Shown here one piece after another: positions 6,858 to 16,334 of a stretch of DNA of 64,000 nt. This DNA comes from a virus. Below the pieces are notes generated by a model. That model searched no databases. It was not told the DNA's origin and saw nothing but the letters and a program-made list of their open reading frames with translations. Position 1 is the first letter of the stretch. Every line of letters begins with the position of its first letter. The translations under genes were made by a program, and so were the position numbers. The stretch lies in IMG/VR virus record IMGVR_UViG_3300045911_000155, positions 16,561 to 80,560 of that record; one strand, 5' to 3'.

Positions 6858-7427
6858 ATGAACAACACCAAAACTTACAACGTGCTTTTCGACGGCAAGT
6901 CGAATGAGAATGCGAATTCCGCGAAGTACCCCGTCGCCGAATACGTCCCCGGTTCGGTTGACCTGAACGAAACTGTTGTCCAGTGCGTATCGTGGGACAA
7001 CGACATGCTGGTCCCCAACACCCGCTACGAAGTCCGCACCGTGACGTTGCCCGAATGGTTGTCGCTTGAAGAGTGGTTGCGCTCCACGACTTCGTGGTCC
7101 TACCTGTGGGCCGATGCCCGCACGATGGAGTTGCCCGAAAACTTCCAGCGCGCGCTTCTGAACTTCAGCGGCGGTCTTCGTGAAGCGATGGTCGCGCTCT
7201 TAGTGACCAAGAACTTCCGCTCCAGCTTCCGCCAGTCCTTGCGCGACCAGCTTGTGAAGTGGATCGCGACGCCGGTTGAAGAGCGTCAGTTCAACATGCC
7301 CTTCAGCCGCCGCCAGATCGAAGCGCTGGTGAAGGTCCGGGACGAATGGACCGCGAAGAACCGCTCCACCCGCGTCTACTACGCGAATCGGTATCAGGAA
7401 GCCGCCGGGATGCCGGTCGCGGCCTAA
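6858..7427 (+). CDS. Early hypothetical protein
   Basis: Own promoter at 6812-6840 and GGAGAGACGACATG leader. Confidence 0.8.
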   Translation: MNNTKTYNVLFDGKSNENANSAKYPVAEYVPGSVDLNETVVQCVSWDNDMLVPNTRYEVRTVTLPEWLSLEEWLRSTTSWSYLWADARTMELPENFQRALLNFSGGLREAMVALLVTKNFRSSFRQSLRDQLVKWIATPVEERQFNMPFSRRQIEALVKVRDEWTAKNRSTRVYYANRYQEAAGMPVAA

Positions 7428-8068
7428 CGGTCCATCTTCCCTAGCAAGTCCCACTCATCGTCCGATTCTTCAAGCTGGTCGAAGTCGTCCTCATGGATGC
7501 CTAGACCAGCTTTCACTTCATCGAACATCTTCTTCGCCGCCTTCTCCGGGAAGTTCGGCGGAAGTCCCTTCCTGAACGCCGCCAAGTCGTTAGCCATCAC
7601 CGCGTCGCGCTGTTGTGTTGCGCTCCACATTTCCGCCCCGGCGCGGTCGCCAGCACTCACCACATCGAAGTTCCGAAACTTGTACGTGCCGTCTGCAATC
7701 GCCGCCTTGATTTCGTTGACAAACTTGTCTGTGCGGTCGCCACCAAGCACGACGACCAGATCCGTGTATCCCTTGTCAGAATAGCTCTTCAGCACGTCCG
7801 GCGGGTCCGGCAAGGCCCGGTTGTACTTCACGTCCAACCCCGGTGCCATCATCTTGATGTACTTGATCTTCTCATCCGGGTCCAGCGGATTCTTCGGCAC
7901 ACTCTGTTTGAAGTTGACGTACAGAACAGCATCGCCGTGCCGCTTGCGCGCCTCATCCTTCAGCTTGTTGAAGAGCAACACATGTCCCCGGTGCGGCGGG
8001 TTGAACCGCCCGAAAGAGATCACGACGGTTTTTTTCTTGGGTTCAACGAATTCACGGAACGACAGCAT
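7424..8068 (-). CDS. HIGH-family nucleotidyltransferase (cytidyltransferase-like) with capsid-targeting-like N-terminus
   Basis: FGRFNPPHRGH, KNPL, GGDR, SATQQR motifs; ATAAATA late promoter; starts MLSFREFVE. Confidence 0.85.
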   Translation of the reverse strand: MLSFREFVEPKKKTVVISFGRFNPPHRGHVLLFNKLKDEARKRHGDAVLYVNFKQSVPKNPLDPDEKIKYIKMMAPGLDVKYNRALPDPPDVLKSYSDKGYTDLVVVLGGDRTDKFVNEIKAAIADGTYKFRNFDVVSAGDRAGAEMWSATQQRDAVMANDLAAFRKGLPPNFPEKAAKKMFDEVKAGLGIHEDDFDQLEESDDEWDLLGKMDR

Positions 8069-8149
8069 AACCGTATTTATTGACCAGTCGATTCAACAAC
8101 TCCTTGACATATAGGTCGTGGTTTGCTATTCTAACTATGGAGAGACGAC

Positions 8150-8419
8150 ATGAACAACATTGAACTCATCAAGATTCGCGCCGCCAGCAAGGGTCAACCC
8201 GCTGGTTACATGGTGAAGCTGGCCGGTCGTGTGATCGGTTTCCTCGACAAGTACAACAACACGAAGACCGAAACCCATCCGTGGAAAGCGTTCGCCGCGA
8301 AGTTCAATCCCGCGACCGGCGGTTTCCAGTACGCTGGTGAGATCGCCTTCAAGTGCTTCTACCGCCACGAAGGTGGTCAGGCCGCTGCCATCGAATTCCT
8401 GAAAGGACTGGCGGCGTAA
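8150..8419 (+). CDS. Early hypothetical protein
   Basis: Promoter at 8104-8132 plus conserved leader. Confidence 0.8.
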   Translation: MNNIELIKIRAASKGQPAGYMVKLAGRVIGFLDKYNNTKTETHPWKAFAAKFNPATGGFQYAGEIAFKCFYRHEGGQAAAIEFLKGLAA

Positions 8420-8420
8420 C

Positions 8421-8651
8421 ATGTGGCACACCTTCTCCCTTGACCGCTACGAACGCGCTCACGATTCCTACGCTGACGCCGTGTTTTGGGCACAGTGTTT
8501 GCACGAAACAAATGACCGCCCGGAGCGGTTGTGCGCCGGGCTGTATCAGATCAGCCGGACCTACATCGGGCGCGGGGATGTTGCAAAACGAGAAGGTTTC
8601 GAGTTCCCGGAACTTGACCAGAAAAAAAGCAAAAAGGCTCTTGACATATAA
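8421..8651 (+). CDS. Hypothetical protein
   Basis: Directly follows the previous gene. Confidence 0.6.
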   Translation: MWHTFSLDRYERAHDSYADAVFWAQCLHETNDRPERLCAGLYQISRTYIGRGDVAKREGFEFPELDQKKSKKALDI

Positions 8652-8698
8652 GTCAGTTCCGCGCTATGATGGTGTTGTAAGGGAAAGAGAGAGACGAC

Positions 8699-8986
8699 AT
8701 GACCACGACTTTGACCAACATCCCCAACTTGCCCGCCGCTGTCACCAGCTTGCTGGCCGCGATGAACGCGAACAACGCGAAACATAGCACGCCCTACGTC
8801 GGTTACGAAGTGACCGAAGCCCGGCGGAAGTACTTCCTGCTTAACTCCGTGCTGACCAACGGCCAGCGTTCGGGAGTCTTCCTGATCGACCGCAAAACTC
8901 TGTTGGTCTACGCTTCGAAGGCGTATGGTAAAGCTGGCCGCTTGTTGGCCCACACCGAAGGTCTGGCACTGCACTACGCTGTCTGA
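8699..8986 (+). CDS. Early hypothetical protein
   Basis: Promoter at 8641-8670 plus conserved leader. Confidence 0.8.
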   Translation: MTTTLTNIPNLPAAVTSLLAAMNANNAKHSTPYVGYEVTEARRKYFLLNSVLTNGQRSGVFLIDRKTLLVYASKAYGKAGRLLAHTEGLALHYAV

Positions 8987-9002
8987 AATAGAAAGGAACG
9001 TC

Positions 9003-9353
9003 ATGCCGAAAACCGAAATCCAATCTCTGATGACCCGGATCGGGAGCGAATACATCCGCGCCCACGGGTTCGACCCGAAAACTCAGAAGGTTTCGGACGT
9101 GCCGGAATCGGCATGGGAATTCTTCTGGTCCACTTCCAAGGTGGTCGCCAATCTCCATGTGGCCCGCCGTGAGCGGACGCCCGATCAGCGCATTGTTCGC
9201 AAGGCGACCGCCACCTATCCGGCCACCACCGTCGATAAGATCACGGGTGTCAAATATCATGTCTTCGACAACCCGGTGACTCCTATCGCGGAGATCCGCG
9301 CCGCCGCTCTCTCCCGGCGGCGTGGATGCGGTTCCGTCGATTCGGCGATCTGA
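9003..9353 (+). CDS. Hypothetical protein
   Basis: AAAGGA RBS, ATG at 9003. Confidence 0.7.
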   Translation: MPKTEIQSLMTRIGSEYIRAHGFDPKTQKVSDVPESAWEFFWSTSKVVANLHVARRERTPDQRIVRKATATYPATTVDKITGVKYHVFDNPVTPIAEIRAAALSRRRGCGSVDSAI

Positions 9354-9356
9354 CAT

Positions 9357-9530
9357 ATGATCGTCGCTCTTCTCTCCACGGTGGTGATAGTGCTCATCTA
9401 TCGCCACCGTTTCTCTATTTTCAAACGTTGCCGGGTGTGCGGCAAATGGCCGTGGCAGATGTTTGATGAAATCATCGAAACACCACGCGGCATGATCTGT
9501 CCGACGTGCCGGGAACAAAATGACATATAA
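9357..9530 (+). CDS. Small membrane-anchored zinc-finger protein
   Basis: Manual translation: hydrophobic N-terminus, CRVC...CPTC. Confidence 0.55.
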   Translation: MIVALLSTVVIVLIYRHRFSIFKRCRVCGKWPWQMFDEIIETPRGMICPTCREQNDI

Positions 9531-9539
9531 TGGAGTTCT

Positions 9540-10475
9540 ATGAAAATCACCGATCAAAACAGTCTGGTTCAAGCCATTCATGAAACGCCGGTAAAGTGTG
9601 TTCTCTCCACGACCGGCGGCGGTACGGAAATTTTCCCGATCCTTCTGGCCCGTGGCGGCGGATCGGCCACCTTCATCGGCGGCAATATCCCCTACAGCGG
9701 GTCCATCACGAAAAAGACGATGGGGGGCACACCGGACAAATTGGTCGATGAACCCGTGGCCCGCATTCTGGCGATGTCTGCCTATCAAATGGCGCTCGAA
9801 CATCGCGACAGCAAAGCCGACCCGATCTTCGGTGTGGGCGGCACGTCCATCCTTCAGCGGACGCCGGACGAACGGCCCGGACGCAAGCACGTGATCTATG
9901 CCGCGATTCAGACCCCGGCCAAGACCGTTTCGGTGACGCTGGACATCCCGCCGGACCACCCCGCGCGCGCGGGGAGTTCAGTTGCGGCCCCGTATACGAT
10001 CCGTGCGACGGAAGAGAATGTCAATGCTCTGGTGATGCTCAACCTCATCGCCGAAGCGTGTGGTCTGGATGCCCGTGTCGAACTTCCGCACGGGTTGGAT
10101 GATCTTGCTATCCTAACAGTGGAGATAGACGATATGAGCAAACGCAAAGCTGGTCTGAGACTTTCGGTTCTTCGCCCCGCCAGTGGTTCTGATTGTACGA
10201 ACGGTGGAATTTCCAGCCGTTTCGTTGATGTGGTCGTAGTCGGGCCGGGCATCCCGGAAATCTTCGCCGAACATGAGAATCTTCCGGCGGTCGTGATCGA
10301 CGAACGCATGGGACACAAGTTCCTTCGCCCGGCGGAAGACTGCCCGTCCGACATGATCGGTTACATGTTCGGCGGCAACTACGCCACCACTTCGGATGGT
10401 CGCTGGCCCTTCGGCGCGCTTCCGATCCATGACCGTACCGAAACGGTCGAACTCTACCGGAGTCTGAGCGACTAA
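9540..10475 (+). CDS. CinA-like domain fused in frame to a separate phage protein (internal start at 10134)
   Basis: TGGG...GGSATF...PYS N-terminal motif; internal GGAG RBS and ATG at 10134 starting DCTNGGIS...MFGGNY...IHDR. Confidence 0.65.
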   Translation: MKITDQNSLVQAIHETPVKCVLSTTGGGTEIFPILLARGGGSATFIGGNIPYSGSITKKTMGGTPDKLVDEPVARILAMSAYQMALEHRDSKADPIFGVGGTSILQRTPDERPGRKHVIYAAIQTPAKTVSVTLDIPPDHPARAGSSVAAPYTIRATEENVNALVMLNLIAEACGLDARVELPHGLDDLAILTVEIDDMSKRKAGLRLSVLRPASGSDCTNGGISSRFVDVVVVGPGIPEIFAEHENLPAVVIDERMGHKFLRPAEDCPSDMIGYMFGGNYATTSDGRWPFGALPIHDRTETVELYRSLSD

Positions 10476-10476
10476 G

Positions 10477-11109
10477 ATGCCCTTCGCTGAAACGCTGGCC
10501 GCGAAAAAGGCCGAACACAATTCGTTCTGGAAAACCGCTGAAGAGTATCAAGCCGGACTCCGCGCGGAACAGGAAGCCTACTTCAAACAGAAATTCCCCA
10601 AGCGCAAGAAGTTCGATTTTGATCTGGTGAAGGAAGAGCCTGACTTCAAAGCCATCTTCGACCGCTGGAAGGCCAAGGCCGATGAGGTTTACGCGACCCA
10701 CAAAACGACCGAAGAAGCGTTGGACGCGAAGCTGATCGATGAAGCGCTCGAAGAGATCCCGGCAACCACGTTCTTGGGTCAGGTGTACGTCTCCCATTCG
10801 TCGAACTACCGTTCGCAGGGATTCGGTGCCAGCAACTACGCGGAAAAGGCGGCGGAAGCGAAAGCCGACATCGCCCGGTTCTACGGGTTCCATGCGGAAG
10901 TTCGCCCGGTGGGGACGGAACACCGCACGAATGACGGATGCCGGTTTCAGGACTACGCCGTGTTCGTCAACACCACCGAAGTTGGGTGGGAAATGCTGAT
11001 CCGTCGCCCCGGCCCGACTCTCCGTGAGTGGCTGAAGACGTGCTGGAAGCGTGGTGTGAATCCGCGCGTCTACAATCCCTATCTTCCGCCCGGTCTGGAA
11101 GAGAAGTAA
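10477..11109 (+). CDS. Hypothetical protein
   Basis: 210 aa, coupled to the previous gene. Confidence 0.75.
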   Translation: MPFAETLAAKKAEHNSFWKTAEEYQAGLRAEQEAYFKQKFPKRKKFDFDLVKEEPDFKAIFDRWKAKADEVYATHKTTEEALDAKLIDEALEEIPATTFLGQVYVSHSSNYRSQGFGASNYAEKAAEAKADIARFYGFHAEVRPVGTEHRTNDGCRFQDYAVFVNTTEVGWEMLIRRPGPTLREWLKTCWKRGVNPRVYNPYLPPGLEEK

Positions 11110-11150
11110 CGGGATTGACTACTTCGGCAATGATCTGGTGAAGGCGTAAC

Positions 11151-11717
11151 ATGGCGCGGACGAAGGGAGCATCGCGCCGGGTGTTGAGTTGGACCAGCGT
11201 ACCCGCGCCGGTCCAACGGCCCGGCTTCTCCCGGAGTTACGATCATACTTTGGTGCTCGACTGTGGGCACACGGTTGTCCGGCGGTTCCCACAGCACGCA
11301 CAGTTCAAATTCTCTGATTGCCCGGTGGAAGGATGTGGAAAGACTATGCGGTATGACGAACTACAAGACGCGGCATTGGTGACGGGGAAGCCGGGCCAAT
11401 CCATCGTGGAATGGCAAGGACGGTCGTTCATTTACTTCACAATTGAAGACGACGCCGCCCGGCTGGTCGAAGATGGCGTGACGATCCGCGCGGATTGGAC
11501 CGAAGATGGATGGAAAGATCACATCCCGGCATGCACGGACAGTGAACGGCTTCGCTGGCTTCAAGAAAAACTCATGACGGCGAACAATGGAATCTTTTGG
11601 TTCCACGTCACGAACGCATTGGGTTTCGACGACGACGAATTCACCGCGCCCGGTCATGTGACGATGGGCGAACTCTTCAACACTGCAATTGACAAACGGA
11701 TTCGGGAAGGAAAGTGA
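11151..11717 (+). CDS. Hypothetical protein
   Basis: 188 aa, overlaps the next start. Confidence 0.65.
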   Translation: MARTKGASRRVLSWTSVPAPVQRPGFSRSYDHTLVLDCGHTVVRRFPQHAQFKFSDCPVEGCGKTMRYDELQDAALVTGKPGQSIVEWQGRSFIYFTIEDDAARLVEDGVTIRADWTEDGWKDHIPACTDSERLRWLQEKLMTANNGIFWFHVTNALGFDDDEFTAPGHVTMGELFNTAIDKRIREGK

Positions 11718-12196
11718 TGGAATTGTTAGCCATGATTTTGGTATTGGCTCTGGCGATCAACACGCTGATCGTCTGGAGTGTATTGCGGTACTTTCATCGC
11801 CGGGAAGTGGGAAAAATCAAGGCGGAACTGGAAGCGAAATACCGCGAACTGATCGCCGCGCCTGATCCGAACATACAGTGGGCGATCCATGCGTGGCACC
11901 GGATGAATTTCCCCCACGATGACGCCCGTGATGCCCTGCTAGGCGTCGGGGAAGAGCTAGGTGAAGTGAATCGTGCTCAGATCAAGCAATCGGGCGGGAT
12001 TCGCGGATCATTCGAATACTGGCACCAAGAGAAAGCCAAAGAGATCGGTGATGTGCTGATCGGCCTCATCAACTACTGTGCTTGGAACGACATTGATTGG
12101 CTCGAAGCACTGAAAGATCGGTGGGCTGTCATCAGTCGCCGCGACTACATCCGCTACCCGGAAGACGGTGGGCGGACGATCAACGGGGAAGAGTAG
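11714..12196 (+). CDS. MazG-like nucleotide pyrophosphohydrolase with N-terminal TM helix
   Basis: GVGEELGEV...KEIGDVLI acidic motifs. Confidence 0.75.
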   Translation: MMELLAMILVLALAINTLIVWSVLRYFHRREVGKIKAELEAKYRELIAAPDPNIQWAIHAWHRMNFPHDDARDALLGVGEELGEVNRAQIKQSGGIRGSFEYWHQEKAKEIGDVLIGLINYCAWNDIDWLEALKDRWAVISRRDYIRYPEDGGRTINGEE

Positions 12197-12241
12197 TCTG
12201 TTCCCTGTAACCAACAACCCCCTAAACCATTTGAGGACTTT

Positions 12242-13048
12242 ATGAACATTCTCCATCGCAGTCTCATTCTGAGCCTGTTGGCTTCCGCCACGTTGCTGGC
12301 GCAAGACCTTCCCGATACGACCGACCTGACGGCCCCGGCCATCAATGTGGGACTGAAACCCGCTCACAACGAACCGATTCCCGGCGTGGATTCGACGGCC
12401 CCGGCCACGTCCAAGAAGGACAACGGCACCCGCTCCGCGATCTACAGTGTCGGTGACACGCCGCCTGTGCTGACCGACTTCTATTGGGGCAATCAGGGAA
12501 GCTGTATCGCCAACACCAACGCGGACGGTACGATCACTCTGTTCCACCCCGGCGCGGCTGGCTTGGCGTTCAACTGGTGCGTACTGGTGAAACCGCTTCC
12601 GGTGTCTTCCACCTACACCGTCATCATGGGCTATCGCGGGCACTTGTTCAGCAAGGCATCGTCGCTGGCGACGGTTCTTTTTGACACGGCCACCGGCAAG
12701 TTCGTGGTGAACTCCATCCCCGGTTCTTCCGATTCGGGCGCGACGGCGATGGCGTCGTGGAAGATGAACAACTACACGACCTATGCGGGATCGGCGTACT
12801 TCAACTACAACAACGCCATCACGACCGGCGGTGTGCTTCCGCAATACGTCCGGCTGAAGAGCGACGGCACGACCCGCACGGTCGCGGTCAGTCATTCGAA
12901 GGACGGCCCGTGGTTGACGATCAACGCGGTTCCCGCCGCTGACTTCGTGAACTTGAATCCCGGCGGCTTCTTCGGTTACGCCTTGCGCGGCACCGGCGAC
13001 GGCATGGCTTCGATGATGGTCATCTACCACGAATCTGTTACCCCGTAA
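12242..13048 (+). CDS. Secreted beta-rich protein
   Basis: GAGG RBS, signal peptide LILSLLASATLLA-Q. Confidence 0.75.
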   Translation: MNILHRSLILSLLASATLLAQDLPDTTDLTAPAINVGLKPAHNEPIPGVDSTAPATSKKDNGTRSAIYSVGDTPPVLTDFYWGNQGSCIANTNADGTITLFHPGAAGLAFNWCVLVKPLPVSSTYTVIMGYRGHLFSKASSLATVLFDTATGKFVVNSIPGSSDSGATAMASWKMNNYTTYAGSAYFNYNNAITTGGVLPQYVRLKSDGTTRTVAVSHSKDGPWLTINAVPAADFVNLNPGGFFGYALRGTGDGMASMMVIYHESVTP

Positions 13049-13099
13049 CAAGGCCAGCAACCACAAGGGGCGCGGGCGGAAACGTCCGCGCCAAGGATT

Positions 13100-13399
13100 A
13101 TGAATCTCTCTTCTGCATCTACCTCATCCGTTTCTGATTATCCCTACGAACGTCTACTTGGCGACGGTCGGGCCATCTGGTGCTATGAGCGCATGTTCAA
13201 TTCGATTGTCATGATTGGGACGGTCGGCAGTCTGATGTATGAGTCTCACTGGTGCTACGAAACTCTGGAACAAGCCATCGCCGCCGCTGAAGTGTGGGAC
13301 CCGCTGACACAAAAAGAACCGGAAAGATGGTTCCGACACGCGATGTCTGGTCGCCGCCGCCCCGGTGGTGATCCCGCCAAAGAGTACATCGAACACTGA
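13100..13399 (+). CDS. Hypothetical protein
   Basis: HWCYE...WFRH...GRRRPGGDP. Confidence 0.7.
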   Translation: MNLSSASTSSVSDYPYERLLGDGRAIWCYERMFNSIVMIGTVGSLMYESHWCYETLEQAIAAAEVWDPLTQKEPERWFRHAMSGRRRPGGDPAKEYIEH

Positions 13400-13433
13400 A
13401 ATCCGTTGACATATATGTGAAAGCGATGCTATC

Positions 13434-13838
13434 ATGAAGTTGATGGAACGCCAACGCATTTGCAAATACTGTGGTGAAGATTTCACGCCCGCCCACAATC
13501 ATCCCGGACTGATTACGGTCTGTCTCGAAGATGAATGTCAAGAGCGCATGCGTGCTGACGGCGTGGTCGAACCTGAACTCAAAACAGCTTGCGTGGCGTG
13601 GTCTGGCAAGCATACCGTCGAAATCACAATTGTTGATGATCCGTTCATGTCCGCGCGGTTCAACGCTTCACAGAAGCGGCACGGTGCTGGTGTGGCGATG
13701 GGACTGACGGGCGGATACACTGGCCCTAAAGTCAAAGAAGCGGGCAAGGAATACGAAGTCCCTGAACATCGCCACGGGTTTCAAGCCGGGGATCTGTGGT
13801 TCAACAGCCTTGGCGAATCTCACGCAAAGAAAAGGTAA
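13434..13838 (+). CDS. Hypothetical protein with N-terminal Zn ribbon (probably leaderless from 13443)
   Basis: CKYCGEDF; promoter TTGACA(13406)-TATCAT overlaps the first ATG. Confidence 0.7.
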   Translation: MKLMERQRICKYCGEDFTPAHNHPGLITVCLEDECQERMRADGVVEPELKTACVAWSGKHTVEITIVDDPFMSARFNASQKRHGAGVAMGLTGGYTGPKVKEAGKEYEVPEHRHGFQAGDLWFNSLGESHAKKR

Positions 13839-13841
13839 CCT

Positions 13842-14102
13842 ATGCCCAAACCTGTCGCCGCCAGCGACTTAGGCCATCCGTTGTGGCGCGATGTCTTCGG
13901 CAAATTGACGGCGTTGCTGGACGCCTTCGAAACACTGGACCAGAATTGCGACCGCACCGTGACGCCGGATGATGAGATCGGGTACACGATTGGCCGGTTC
14001 ATGCGGACTATCATCGCGAAACGAGATCCGGCCCGGATTGCCGGTGTTCTGGAAGGATTCAAACGCGGCCTTCAGGAATCGACCGAAAATGAAGGGACTT
14101 GA
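13842..14102 (+). CDS. Hypothetical protein
   Basis: AAGGT RBS, 86 aa. Confidence 0.65.
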   Translation: MPKPVAASDLGHPLWRDVFGKLTALLDAFETLDQNCDRTVTPDDEIGYTIGRFMRTIIAKRDPARIAGVLEGFKRGLQESTENEGT

Positions 14103-14148
14103 CATATAAGTCAGTTCGTGGTATAATGGTTTCAGATAGAGAACCGTT

Positions 14149-14391
14149 ATGCCAACGAAATTGACCGGTAGTAAGCGTGTCGTCCGTGAAACGCTGACGA
14201 CGATTCAGGGACGGAACATCATTGTGACGATGAACTCCCACTTCATCAAGCTGCGTCCGAAGGGGAAGAAGTACAGCTACGACGTGCCGATTGAAGCTGT
14301 GTTCATCTTCGCCGCCCGCAAGGAAGCTGAGCGCAAGATCAAAGAGAAGAGGGAAGCGCGCGCCGCCGCGAAGAAAGCAGGGAAGAAATGA
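14149..14391 (+). CDS. Small basic early protein
   Basis: Consensus promoter TTGACA-17-TATAAT at 14099-14127; Lys-rich. Confidence 0.75.
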   Translation: MPTKLTGSKRVVRETLTTIQGRNIIVTMNSHFIKLRPKGKKYSYDVPIEAVFIFAARKEAERKIKEKREARAAAKKAGKK

Positions 14392-14500
14392 GAATGAACT
14401 TTCGATTCACGTGGGTGTTTCTGAATTTCGGATTCAAGAACACCAAGGGGTTCTGGATCGTCGGCTTGCCGTTCGTGACGATCTGGAAGTGGAAGCCGCT

Positions 14501-15058
14501 TTAGAAGCGGTCGGTCGGTGAACCGACGACCACAGGTTGTCCCCAAACCGGCCACTTCTCCCGTAAGTAGTCGCCGTCCACTTCGTACCCGTAGGAACAC
14601 AAAATGCGTTGGCCGGGCGATTCGACTCTGGTGCATGAGTGCATCTGTTCTGATGGGAAGAAACACAGAAGTGTGCGATCCTTGACCATGTAGGGAACTT
14701 GGTCGATCACCGGAACGCCGCCATACATCACGGTCTGAACGAAGACATTGCACCGGACGTGATGGACATTGTTTTCGATGGCGTCGGTGTGCGCTTTGAC
14801 TTCGCCGCCCGCACCGGTGCTGCTAAGGTACCATCCATAGTTTCGTTCTTTCTGTTCGTCCCGGAACTTGAACAGTGCTTGAATGCGAAGCCGAATGTTG
14901 TGGAAACACTCCGGGACATCCTTCAGTTCTTCGACCAGTTGGAAGTAACACCCGCCGTTTGTTCCGTTGCGGGAAAGATCCGGGCGGATGGTTGCTTCCC
15001 ATTCGATTAGTGCCGCCTGTTCGTCCGGGGTGATGAATTCCGGGATGATGATGGGCAT
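14501..15058 (-). CDS. 2OG-Fe(II) oxygenase
   Basis: HTD...H...RxxxS facial triad pattern. Confidence 0.8.
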   Translation of the reverse strand: MPIIIPEFITPDEQAALIEWEATIRPDLSRNGTNGGCYFQLVEELKDVPECFHNIRLRIQALFKFRDEQKERNYGWYLSSTGAGGEVKAHTDAIENNVHHVRCNVFVQTVMYGGVPVIDQVPYMVKDRTLLCFFPSEQMHSCTRVESPGQRILCSYGYEVDGDYLREKWPVWGQPVVVGSPTDRF

Positions 15059-15063
15059 AGAGC

Positions 15064-15474
15064 CTACTTGCTAGAGTTCTTGACTGACGCGGCCAGCTTG
15101 TTGGTTTCGGCAACAACGAAGTTGTAGTCCCGATAGACGCCGCTCGACAGCGTTTCCCGTTTCCACTTCATCATACCCGGCTGAAGATCGCCCGGCTCAT
15201 TGCAAGCGAAGCCGACCCATTTGCCTTCTTTACCCGGCGCGGCTTCGACGAACTTGACGCCGCCATAGACTTGAGCGCGGATCTGATCCGGGTTCTTGTT
15301 CGCCCACGGATGGCCGGTCGGGAGTTTCACATACCCGCACCAATGCCCAAGGCGGTCGCGTTGCACCACACATTCAAGACCGGATGCTTCGAACTCTTCG
15401 CGGTCATCTTCGTGAATCCACGGACCATCAGAGAACCAGTCAATGCGCGTGATATTGAAATCTGTCAAAGCCAT
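15064..15474 (-). CDS. Conserved hypothetical phage protein
   Basis: GHWCGYV...HP motif; TAAATA late promoter. Confidence 0.75.
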   Translation of the reverse strand: MALTDFNITRIDWFSDGPWIHEDDREEFEASGLECVVQRDRLGHWCGYVKLPTGHPWANKNPDQIRAQVYGGVKFVEAAPGKEGKWVGFACNEPGDLQPGMMKWKRETLSSGVYRDYNFVVAETNKLAASVKNSSK

Positions 15475-15513
15475 TTGATCCTATTTACCACGGCGGGAAC
15501 CGGAGTATAATGT

Positions 15514-16113
15514 ATGGGTATGAAACTATCCCTTCTCTTAGTCACTCTAGGTGCGATGTTCGGCCTGTATGCGCAAAACGCCAACTATCGGTTTCAAGTC
15601 CGCCGGACAACTGACAATCAGATCATCGAATTGCGGGCGACGGATGGCTTGTTCGTGGATGCCGCGACCGGGACACTTCGCACGCTGCGTAACGCCGGGA
15701 TTCAGGGCACACCACTGACGGTGTGGATCAACGGAACAGACGGGAAGGGTGTCGCAGTGCCCATGCAAGGCGCACAGATCATCCTAGTGAACGGCAAGCC
15801 AGTCTTGAACATTCCCGCCCCGCCGCCGGTGCCTCAGTTGAAGATCAAGACGAATATCCACTGCATTCCGTCCGGCGACGGCTCTTCGTGGGTGATCCCG
15901 TTTACGGAAGGGACGATCACGGACATCGTGGTCTATCGGAATGGTGTCCGCCAAAGTCGGGTATCGTCGCCGGACTACGTGGCTGACTACAGCGCCAGTG
16001 CCAATTTCCTGACGCTCACACCCGCTCCGAACTACCCGTGGTCAATCTTGCGGACGGATGTCCAGAATCCACAGAAGCCGGATCTGATCGTCGCGGATGT
16101 GTTCTATTACTGA
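15514..16113 (+). CDS. Secreted protein
   Basis: Signal peptide ...FGLYA-Q; VYRNGVRQ motif; TATAAT just upstream. Confidence 0.75.
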   Translation: MGMKLSLLLVTLGAMFGLYAQNANYRFQVRRTTDNQIIELRATDGLFVDAATGTLRTLRNAGIQGTPLTVWINGTDGKGVAVPMQGAQIILVNGKPVLNIPAPPPVPQLKIKTNIHCIPSGDGSSWVIPFTEGTITDIVVYRNGVRQSRVSSPDYVADYSASANFLTLTPAPNYPWSILRTDVQNPQKPDLIVADVFYY

Positions 16114-16313
16114 TTCTTGGGACAGAACTGACCGGTCTGCATGTTGATGACGTAGGCAGATTCATCGGCCCCGGCATCAGCGAAAGTTTTCTTGACCAGT
16201 TCGCGGAAACGAGATTCAGCATCGGCCACATCGCGTTTCATCAGCGACAATTTCAGGCTGGCGTTTTCCAAAAGAAGAAAGGCTTCCTTCGATAGTTGTG
16301 GTGTCATGCCCAA
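16107..16313 (-). CDS. Small coiled-coil protein
   Basis: Follows the fibre-like gene on the same strand. Confidence 0.6.
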   Translation of the reverse strand: MGMTPQLSKEAFLLLENASLKLSLMKRDVADAESRFRELVKKTFADAGADESAYVINMQTGQFCPKNQ

Positions 16314-16334
16314 CTACTTAGGAAGCCTTTTCCA

